DNA from: Somniosus microcephalus
Lineage: Eukaryota
DNA: 64,000 nucleotides
Assembly (NCBI GenBank): GCA_052327205.1
Contig: CM126204.1
Span: 269,700,001 to 269,764,000 of the forward strand
Direction of reading: 5' to 3'
A program made the translations under genes and the position numbers. Under the pieces are notes generated by a model. It was not told the origin of the DNA. It saw nothing but the letters and a program-made list of their open reading frames with translations, and ran no database searches. Of the stretch, positions 50,752 to 61,199 are shown piece after piece (the stretch's first letter is position 1; each line of letters opens with the position of its first letter).

Positions 50752-51662
50752 GGGGTGGGAGGAAGTGTAGTCAGTGGGCTTATAGTGGATGTTTGTTGAT
50801 AGCCTATATGCAGAAATGGAGACAGAGAAGTCGAGGAAGGGAAGGAAAGAGTCAGAGATGGACCATGTGAAGGTGAGGGAAGAGTGGAAATTGGAAGCAA
50901 AGTGAATGAAATTTTCTAGTTCAGGGCGCGAGCAGGAAACGGCACTGATACAGTCATCAATGTACCGGAAAAAGAGGTGAGGGCGGGGACCTGGGTAGGA
51001 CTGGAACAAAGAACATTCCACATATCCCACGAAAAGGCAGGCATAGCTAGGACCCATGCGGGTTCCCATAGTAACACCTTTAATTAGTGAGTGGGGTCAA
51101 AGGAGAAGTTGTTCAATGTGAACAAGTTCAGGCAGGTGGAGGAGGGTGGTGGTGGATGGGGACTGGTTGGGCCTTTGTTCAAGGAAGAAGCGGAGCGCCC
51201 TCAGGCCGTCCTGGTGGGGGACGGAGGTGTAGAGGGATTGGACGTCCAGAGTGAAAGAGAGAGTTAGGGCCAGGAAACTGTTAAAGTGACGGAGGGCGTC
51301 AGAAGAGTCGCGGATGTAAGTAGGAAGAGACTGGACAACAGAAGAAAAAAAAAGTCGAGATAGGAAGAAATCAGTTCTGTGGGGCAAGAACAGGCTGAAA
51401 CGATGGGTTTACCAGGGCAGTTCTGTTTGTGGATCTTGGGAAGGAGATAGAAGCGGGCTGTGCGGGGTTGGGAAACTATGGCTGTGGAGGGAAGATCTCC
51501 AGAGGAGACGAGGTCAGTGACAGTCTTGGAAACTATGGCTTGATGTTCGGTAGTGGGGTCATGGTCCAGGGGGAGGTTGGAGGAGGTGTCAGAGAGTTGG
51601 CGTTCAGCCTTCGCAAGGTAGAGGTCAGTTCCCCAACCAACAACAGCGCCACCCTCGTCAGC
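50752..51662 (-). mobile_element. Penelope-like element RT fragment
   Basis: LPTYIRDS, FTLDVQSLYTSVPH, MGTRMGPSYACLFVG, FFRYIDDC, LPFLD and HYKPTD are typical PLE RT motifs. Confidence 0.9.
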
Positions 51663-51779
51663 AGATTTAAGATCACACTAAGTTTATGCCATGTCAGCCT
51701 ACAAGATGTTTTGTCTCCATATTGCAACAGGGCTACACAACTAAGATCTTGTATTACTTTAGATCATAATTTCATTCTG

Positions 51780-52470
51780 ATCCAGCAGAGGGACTTGGGG
51801 GTGCATGTTCACAGAACATTAAAAGCAGCACCTCAGTTTGATAAGACTGTAAATAAAAAGCTCAATTCTAGGTTCTCCCTCAATAGGCATGGAATATAAA
51901 AGCCAAAAGGTAATTATGAACCTATATAAAACCTTAAGACCTCAGTTAGAGTACAGTGTGCAATATTGGGTTCCATGTTATAGGAAGGATATTGAGGCTT
52001 TAAGCGAGGGTACAATGCAGATTCACTAGGATGCTGCCTGGTATGAGGAAATACAAATACAAAGAAAAACGTACTCTCTTTTTTGTTAGAATAACATATT
52101 ATAGGGCGATATAATAGAAGTGTTTAATATTATGAAAGGATGAGACGGGTAGATAGAAACAGAACATTAGACCGTTTCCAGTAGTTGAAGGGTCAAGAAC
52201 AAGGGGCCATAGATACAAGTTTAAATGTGAGATATTTAGAATAAAAGGCAGGATAAACTTCTTCATAGAGAGTTGAGAAGCTATGGACTTCACTTCCAGG
52301 GTTACTAGTTGAGGCAGAAATTGTCAACATTCAATATTAGACGGATAGCTGGATGAAGGAAAAGGGGTTGAAGGGGTATGGGAACAGGCCGGGTAAATGT
52401 GATTAGAACTATTTGCTCATGTAGAGGGTTGGACCAAGTGGCGTGTTTCCGTGTTGTGACTTGTGTGCGA
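51780..52470 (+). mobile_element. Old CR1 3' fragment
   Basis: QRDLGVHVHRTLK and a decayed CR1 3' end. Confidence 0.8.
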
Positions 52471-52599
52471 CCTGGTCAGCATTTCAGAGTCAGTCACAGT
52501 CCACTGGAATAAACACAAAACCATTTGTTTCCTGAACTGTGCTTCAGATCAGATACTTGAAACCTAATAAAAATGAACCCATTTTAAACCAAGACATTA

Positions 52600-53160
52600 C
52601 AGGAAACTTTGTGCTATCCGGCACCCATGGGACCGAGCTACTGCCGTTTTTTTAAAAGCTCCGGATAGACCAGCGTCAATGTTATCAGATAGGAGCTTTT
52701 CATCGCAGTATCTGACCACAAACATTGCTGCTCAGCAACAGCTTGTAAACACTCGGCCCGTGGCTTGGAAGCATCTCTGAAGCTGTTGCTAAGATACAGA
52801 AACGCTTTCTAGAGCCTGCCGTGTCTGACCACAAACACTGTTGCTCAGCAACAGCTTGTAAACACTCGGCCCGTGGCTTGGAAGCATCTCTGAAGCTGTT
52901 GCTAAGATACAGAAACGCTTTCTAGAGCCTGCCGTGTCTGACCACAAACACTGTTGCTCAGCAACAGCTTGTAAACACTCGGCCCAGTAGCTTGGAAGCG
53001 TCTCTGAAGCTGTTGCTAAGCGACAAAGATGCTTTCCAGAGCCTGCCTGTGAAAAGAATGCTAGGAGAAAAAAAAAACACCTAACCAAAACGGCTGCTGA
53101 TTTCTCCCGTTAGATCAAAGTTGCCGGACATTCAACTTCCGGATAGCACAAAGTTTCCTG
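52600..53160. mobile_element. TA-flanked Tigger/pogo-type MITE (561 bp) with an internal 3 x 113-bp tandem repeat
   Basis: Perfect 22-bp TIR CAGGAAACTTTGTGCTATCCGG with TA on both sides. Repeat units start at 52711, 52824 and 52937. Confidence 0.92.
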
Positions 53161-53314
53161 TACATAATAATGATGATGAGCTTAGTAGGATACATAACTG
53201 GAGATAAATCCAAGAACAGAAATTAGGCATTATATTGGTTTTCTGACCAATAAACAAAGCATTCACCAGATGCAACTTTAGATTCATGAAGAAAACTGGC
53301 ATCACATAACTCAC

Positions 53315-53467
53315 CATGACAGTGTTCTGGAGCATGGGAATGCCCGTGCCCATGGCTATGTACAGATCTGTGATCGTGATTGTGGCTGTGCCCATGTTCT
53401 CCATGACTGTGTCCGTGATTCAGTCCAGGAATTCCTCCGTTGAAGAGCGAGTGACTATGGCCATGAC
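53315..53467 (-). CDS. SLC30A7: ZnT7 coding exon 6, His-rich loop (153 bp)
   Basis: Encodes HGHSHSLFNGGIPGLNHGHSHGEHGHSHNHDHRSVHSHGHGHSHAPEHCH. Acceptor gcattag, donor gtgagt; phase 1 at both ends. Confidence 0.96.
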
Positions 53468-54414
53468 CTAATGCAACAAACAAAACAGTGAAGCTTGTTA
53501 AAAACTATACATATGTTTGAACTGGAATATCAAACTTGCATACAAATGTACAAAGCCATCCATCAACTGGTTCAATCTGTAAACCCTTCTATGTATGGAA
53601 ATTGCAACATAAAACTAGAAACATGCAGTGAGCACAAGGTGTCACTTTACCAGATCTGATCAAAAGGCACAGTGGCATGTTGAATCCCTGTATCATGGGC
53701 TGGTTGAATGCAGACTTACAGATACAATTCTTCAAGCAAATTACTGATTAGAGCTATGGACAATAACCAAAACGAAACTCAAGAGTGGAAGAAGGATATC
53801 TGCCAGAAGGGAAGTCAGTGGAATGGAGTATGACAACATTCGGATGGGAGGAACGAGGAGTCTCTTTTCACTCCCTCAAACGGAAAGGGTTTACTGAGAT
53901 TTTTAAAGTGTGGAGCTCCTCCTAGTGGCTCTGAGTAAAAGCACAGCTCAGGCCAAGAGAACATGTGAAATGTCAGACGAGAACAGAAATGAGCTTATCT
54001 GCGTTGCCCCGACAGTCAAATAGCCTTTCAACACTTGCTGACCTGGCTCGTTCACAAAAAACTCAAGCAAGGGTGGTAGGTGCCTGTGCAAGCATAACCC
54101 AGCAAGAATCAGCACCTCTAATTTGCTGATTCAGACGTACATTTTTCCCACTTGGTGGGGCGCACACAGGGAAAGGGGAAAAATGAGAGAGAAAAAGCAG
54201 GAACCTGTGTAAGTCAGAATTGACAAATTAATGTTTCAGAAACAGCAAATGTAACTAAACAAAACACTTTAGACTGAAAATAACCCCTCTTGCTAGTGTT
54301 TCACTATAAAGTGTTTCTTCCCATGGTAGTGTGTGTCTTATTTTGCCTACTCAAGGAAACGAACAATTTGAACACTCGCAGGCTACATGTAAGTTTATAG
54401 AACTGTACCCTTAC

Positions 54415-54541
54415 CACCATCATGAGAATGTCCATGGCCACCATGTTTAAATACAAAAATGCCGACCAAATTCACCAGAAACCCAAGCACAGATACAGAC
54501 AGCAGCCGGTCGTGATGCACTTCAGGGGGTTCCAGAGCTCT
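54415..54541 (-). CDS. SLC30A7: ZnT7 coding exon 5 (127 bp)
   Basis: Encodes RALEPPEVHHDRLLSVSVLGFLVNLVGIFVFKHGGHGHSHDG(G). Acceptor ttttcag, donor gtaagg. Confidence 0.97.
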
Positions 54542-55186
54542 CTGAAAAATAATTGGAGATGAAAGCTTGATACAGTCTTGCAGGTAGAAGAATGACTGGT
54601 GGGAGGGGGCACAAGTTCCATCCCACATTCTGAAGTGTTCCTGATCTCTAATGCACTGCTACACAGGGCTCAACTCTGATGCCATTGGACTGCAGTCAGA
54701 AATGTATACAGGCCTTTATTATTCACTTTTGGATTTTTTTAAATTTTTATAAAAGAGAGTCACTTTATGGTTTGCTGACTAACTGACAACACACAAGAAA
54801 GATTCTGCATCACAAAGAGTCGGTTGTGTTTTCTAGCAAAGTTATTTGAAATTTAAATATCAACAAACTGTACAGAAGAATAATTCCTGCTCCACAGACA
54901 TTGCCTCTTTATATTGCAAGAGTCATAAAACTTACTTCTGGAATCATTTTATTTTACACATTACGTTTTTGTAAATTTTCAGAGGAAAAGTCCCAGGATT
55001 GCACAGGAACAAGAACACCAACATTCAAAAAGAAATTCAGTTGGGGGTGGGGGGGAGGGGTAAACAATCAACCGCTTCCCTCAAGTTAGTAATGGAGTGA
55101 TGCACAAACTGTCACACTTTTGAAAGCAGTTAAAAACAAAAATCAGTATTTGCAATATGACAATGCATTGAAACACAGGATAAACT

Positions 55187-56134
55187 TCACCATCTTCAGC
55201 TGTTTCATCAATGACCTTCCCTCCATCAGAAGGTCAGAAGTGGGGATGTTCGCTGATGATTGCACACTGTTCAGCACCATTCGAGACTCGTCAGATACTG
55301 ACGCAGTCCGTGTCCATATGCAGCAAGACCTGGACAACATTCAGACTTGGGCTGACAAGTGGCAAGTAACATTCGCACCACACAAGTGCCAGGCAATGAC
55401 CATCTCCAACAAGCGAGACTCTAACCATCTCCCCTTGACATTCAATGGCATTACCATCGCTGAATCCCCCACTATCAACATCCTGGGGGGTTACCATTGA
55501 TCAGAAACTGAACTGGACCAGCCATATAAATACTGTGGCTACAAGAGCAGGCCAGAGGCTGGGAATTCTGTGGCGAGTGTCTCACCTCCTGACTCCCCAA
55601 AGCCTTTCCACCATCTACAAGGCACAAGTCAGGAGTGTGATGGAATACTCTCCACTTGCCTGGATGAGTGCAGCTCCAACAACACTCAAGAAGCTCGACA
55701 CCATTCAGGATAAAGCAGCCCACTTGATTGGCACTCCCTCCACCACCGGCGCACTGTGGCTGCAGTGTGTACCATCTACAAGATGCACTGCAGCAACTCG
55801 CCAAAGCTCCTTCAACAGCACCTTCCAAACCCGCGACCTCTACCACTTAGAAGGACAAGGGCAGCAGACGCATGGGAACATCACCACCTACAAGTTCCCC
55901 TCCAAGCCACACACCATCCTGACTTGGACCTGTATCGCCGTTCCTTCACTGTCGCTGGGCCAAAATCCTGGAACTCCCTTCCTAACAACATTGTGGGTGT
56001 ACCTACACCATATGGACTGCAGCAGTTCAAGGCGGCGGCTCACCACCATCTTCTCAAGGGCAATTAGGGATGGGCACTAAATGCAGGCCTAGCCAGCCAG
56101 CGACGCCCACATCCCATCAATGAATAAAAAAAAA
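55187..56134 (+). mobile_element. Non-LTR retrotransposon 3' end (CR1/L2 group, distinct family)
   Basis: FSCFINDLP, MFADDCT and YKAQVRSVMEYSPLAW; ends aatgaataaa plus poly(A). Confidence 0.9.
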
Positions 56135-56659
56135 CTAATTGGTGACTGCAACTCACACTATACACTGACGTATAGGGATGAGAAGCAACATTCAGTATCC
56201 ACATTGTTGTTTGTTGTACATAATTAACATACTAGGATTCATATCTCAATGAGGTGAAATCCCTTAAAAAGAGAAGGGGCATAAAATGGACTGAAAGCCC
56301 CCAGCCCCCAGCAAGTTCCAAGTTTAGAAAAAATAAAGTTTTGTAAGTACTGTAACTGATGAAAGATGAAACCTGGGGGTGAATACAAGGATGACATCCC
56401 AAGGATATGACCGCCCTTCATCAGGTACAAAGAGGAGCAACAATGATAATTCTGGGTATCAGGAATTTAAATTACGGATGAAAAGGCAAGCAAATTGGGC
56501 CTGTTTTCTTTGGAAAGAGGAGGCTACTAGGTGAATCAATTGAAGCTTTCAGTAATACAAAATGGAATTCACAAAGTTGATCTGAGCAATGTGCATACTT
56601 TGATAGTGTTAAAATACCATTGATATAGAAGCTAAAAATGAGGACATCAGGAGTAAGCA

Positions 56660-57425
56660 CAGGAGCAGGAGTAGGCCATTCAGCCCATCAAGCCCGTTCT
56701 GCCATTCAATGAGACCATGTTTGATCTGTATATTACCATCTACGCTTACCTAACAATATTCAATCTCAGTTTTGACATTTTCAATTAACGTAGCCTCAAC
56801 AGATTGTGGGCAAGAGTGTTCCAGATTTCCACTACCCTTTGCATGAAGAAGTGTTTCCTGATATCACACCTGAACAGCCTAGCTCTAATTTTAAAGGTTA
56901 TGCCCCCTTGTCCTGGACTCCCACTAGAGAAAATAGTTTCTCTATTTACCCTATCAACTCCTTTAATCATCTTAAACACTTCAATTAGATCACCTCTTAA
57001 TCTATACTCAAGGGAATACAAGCCAAGTCCTCATTATTTAACCCTTTTAGCTCCAGTGTTATTCTGGTGAATCTGCGCTGCACCCTCTCCATGGCCAATA
57101 TATCCTTCCCGAGGTGCGGTCCCCAGAACTGAAGCAGTGCTCCAGATGGGCTCGGATCAGAGCTTTATATAACTGTGACATAACTTCCACCCCTTTGTAT
57201 TCTAGCCATCTAGAGATAAAGACCAAGATTCCATTAGCCTTTTTAATTATTTTTTGTACCGGTCCACTAGCTTAGTGATTTCTGTTCTTGGTCTCCTAAA
57301 TCTCTCTGCTCCTCCACAGCTCCAGCTTCTCACCATTTAGAAAATACTCTGATTTATCTTTCTTAGGTCCAAAGTGGATGACCTCCCATTCCCCTGCATT
57401 GAATGCCATCTGCCACAGTTTTGCC
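56660..57425 (-). mobile_element. CR1 3' fragment
   Basis: LRGDLIEVFKMIKG and FFMQRVVEIWN, with a CR1 tail. Confidence 0.85.
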
Positions 57426-58289
57426 AGGCAGAACCTTTTTTTTTGTATAGAGGACAAGAGTTAAGGATGAAGTTACTGGAGAAGACCAGGGAGTGCAAGT
57501 GAGCTTTAGGGATAATCAAGATTTGTTTCTGTGCAGGGAGGCAGGATTGAGGGATACCAAGTGTAGGTAGAGAGCAGCATTGATGAGAAAGCAATGGTTT
57601 GTATATTTCACACAAACACTTTATACAAGTGCTTTTGTCCTCGTTTACAACTGAGTGAGCTTGTATGTTACTCCAACAAAAAAAATGTTCCACTGGGAGG
57701 ACAAAAATGCAGCTGAGTTTAACTTGAAGTGGTTACTTTTTTGTCCCATGGTGACCTCTATCCGATCAATTAACTGTCCTCCCTCCACCGCAACACATTA
57801 CTCAGAGAGAGAGCCCTCAATACAGCTGCTCCAATACTCCAGGGATGGATTCACCCATGGATCATCCCTTACCCTAAGTAAGTTAGAAGTTAGGAGCAGG
57901 AAGTTAAAAGAAATCTTTCACACAAAGGGTTATTCAAATATTGAATGCTTTGCCACAAGTGGCTACTGAGGCAGAGACTACAAAAAAAACTGGATAAGTA
58001 TTTTTAAAATGTTTTAAAATATATAACATGATGATTTCTAAGTGCAGGGAAATGAGGTTAGAGTAGACAGCATTATTTAGAGAGAAAGCACTGGCACAGG
58101 CACAATGTGATAAATTCTCTTTTTTGCGCTATAATTTCTAGGTTCCTGTAAGTGCCCAATGATTTGCTCCCGTGATGGCCCAGCTGGGATTGTAGACCCC
58201 ACCCTATTCCACAAGGCGCCCATGCTATGGCTGCAACCCATCTGTGGGACATTTAACTGCCTGTATCTTTTTAGGCACAAAGAAAAAAG

Positions 58290-58620
58290 ACAAGCTCCAC
58301 TAATGCTCAACTGGTTAAGGCAGGATGGTCTCAAGTTTGATCCCTGGTATGTGTTGAGCTAGCTGCTCTCAACTGGGGTGGTAGGAGCAGGAATGCTCCA
58401 ATTGGTTTCAGTATCTTTGGGGGGGTGGGGGGTGGTGGACATTACCCAGGGGTCTGCTCCTGATTCTGATTCAGTAACTCCCGCTGGCAGTATGAACACG
58501 TGGATGCCAGGTGCATATACAATTGGGCTCAGCTGTGATGGTTCCTGCAATCGAGTAGCTCACCCACACTCACTGTCTAGGGGCACACAAAGAAAAATGA
58601 AGTACTGCAGGGTGCATATA
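58290..58620 (+). mobile_element. Possible old SINE-like repeat
   Basis: Degenerate B-box (agtttgatccc) and a body loosely similar to 53960-54120. Family not identified. Confidence 0.35.
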
Positions 58621-59029
58621 CTCACAAGCAAGGAGGCAATGTCTTCAGGAGAGAAAAAGGGGTGGGAAGAAAAATGGAGATCACTTCTGAAGATGGTACA
58701 ACTGAATCTGTACAGTTAGGTACGAGGTGAGCCACTGACCTATGGCATCACTGAAATTCCACTCCGCAGATAGGGGTAGTACCACACGCATCACCGCCAC
58801 ATTTTTTTAAAATCTAGAAAGACCCAGCAAAGAACCCTTTACCAAGTGACTAACGGTCTGCAAATTCCAATAATGCAGATTGCATCTAAAACCAAACAGA
58901 CATTCAGAATCTTCCTAAAGTTACAATTCAGACATGACAATAAAGTATTCCTTCCAAGACGCGAAAGGAATTTGCTGGGAATGAAATTCTACAGCTGATA
59001 TATAGCCACAACATCTTTCACTAACCAAC

Positions 59030-59117
59030 CTCTATTCCTTCTGAGAAAATGAAAAAGGCTGTGAAGATCAGAAATAATCCATTCACAAATCCAGCCAGAA
59101 CCTCTGCTCGGACATAT
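59030..59117 (-). CDS. SLC30A7: ZnT7 coding exon 4 (88 bp)
   Basis: Encodes YVRAEVLAGFVNGLFLIFTAFFIFSEGIE. Acceptor ttggcag, donor gttggt. Read by hand because the ORF track shows a different frame. Confidence 0.96.
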
Positions 59118-60137
59118 CTGCCAAAGGAAACAAAATATAGATGAAGGAATAGGATAACACTTTGCTACCACATGACCAGGAGCATCAACTGGTTTCTTCA
59201 AAATCGTTAAACCGGTTTGTTAAAGATAACCAGAGTGTAAATGATGGTGCATTTTCCACTAATAGCACATTGAGGGTAGTTCTTCTTTGAGAGTTCTCTA
59301 TTTTGTAATCCTTTCCTATGCTGTCTACACATTGCTTGCATAGCAACATAATGTTTGACTCTGGACTGTGTTTTAATTACTTTATAGTGCATTTGCATTT
59401 TGTCTACAAAATGTAATCATTTCTTGATCCCAAACCTGGATGCATCATACTAGCACATTGATAATGGCATCAGCTTGAAACCCCAAGCAAAATTAAGGTG
59501 TTAAAAAAAGCAAAGAATTTAAGGGTCTGTCACACTGGCTCATTTTGTGATGCCCACAGAGCCCACGTGCTTTCAATAAGACCCAGGTTGACTGAAGTGC
59601 TCAGAGGAGCTATTGTCAGAATGGTTAAGGCAGCTGCAATTCTGGACATGCATCCGAGTGTATAGAGGTGAATAAATCATTTATACTTTTGGGGGGGGGG
59701 GGGGGGGGGGAAAGAACCATATAAAAAAAAAAAAATTTCCCCCAAGAGTAAGCCAACAACGCTGCAGCATGCTTAATAGTGCTTGCTTACAAAGCAGTAC
59801 CAACATTTGGCTGGGAAATGGTGCAGGATGGGACCAGAGGGGGGAACTAGGAAGAGGAGGAAGAAAGTCAAATTCTTGTTTTACTTCAGTCAGAAATTTT
59901 AAAAAAATCAATGGATCTACGAGTATTTTTTTGTGGTGACGTGAGGGAAGAACTTAAATCTATCCAAGAGATCAAAGCACAGTCTGGCCTAGTTTGTGGT
60001 TCATTCTATTAACAGGTGTCAGAGCTGCAACCACCCTGAAACCCAATCATCTCAGTTGGAGGGAAAAAGAGGAAGGGCTTGACTGCTAAATATATGTATC
60101 TCTACGCAATCAAATGTTAATAAGCCTCCAGCTCTTA

Positions 60138-60353
<216 letters not shown>

Positions 60354-60489
60354 TCAGACAATCGTGAACTTTCCCACCCAAATCTGTCTGAAACGAACAC
60401 AGATCAGCCATGATCTCACTGAATGGCAGAACAAACTCAAGGGGCTGAATTGTAGTTTGCTGAACAAACTCAAGGGGCTGAATTGTAGT

Positions 60490-61093
60490 TTGCTGCAGTT
60501 GTACAGGGCCTTGGTGAGACCACATCTTGAATAGTGTGTGCAGTTCTGGTCGCCTTATCCGAGGAAGGATGTTCTTGCCATGGAAGGAGCTCAGCGAAGA
60601 TTCACCAGGCTGATACCTGGGATGGCAGGAATGACGTACGAGGAGAGATTGGGTCGATTAGGCTGATTGGGCTTATACTCGCTGGAGTTTAGAAGAATGA
60701 GAGGGGATCTCATTGAAACTTATAAAATTCTGACAGGACTGGACAGACTAGATGCAGGAAGGATGTTCCCGATGGTCGGGGAGTCCAGAACCAGGGATCA
60801 CAGTCTAAGGATAAGGGGTAAGCCATTTAGGACAGAAATGAGGAGGAATTTCTTCACCCAGAGAGTGGTGAACCTGTGGAATTCTCTACCACAGAAGGCA
60901 GTAGAGGCCAATTCATTAAATATATTCAAGAAGGAGTTGGATATATTTCTTAAGGCTAAAGGGATCAAGGGGTAATGGGGAGGAAGCAGGGACAGGGTAC
61001 CGAGTTTGGATGATCAGCCATGATCGTATTGAATGGCAGAGCAGGCTTGAGGGGCCGAACGGCCTACGCCTGCTCCTATCTTCTATGTTTCTA
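60490..61093 (+). mobile_element. CR1 family A 3' fragment inserted into an older CR1 tail
   Basis: LQLYRALVRPHLE...GLYSLEFRRMRGDLIE and a ttctatgtttcta tail. The older tail is split at TGAAT. Confidence 0.92.
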
Positions 61094-61199
61094 TGAATGG
61101 CCTACTCCTGTTCCGATATGTTCCAATGCAAAGGGTAGCACAATATGATTTCTCCAATAGATTTTTCTTCCTCCCTTGAAGTACCTATCTTCAGGTTAG

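Noticed and set aside
52711-53050. Three regularly spaced repeats suggesting a CRISPR array
   Set aside because: The whole 113-bp unit repeats with no unique spacers, it lies inside a MITE, and the genome is eukaryotic.
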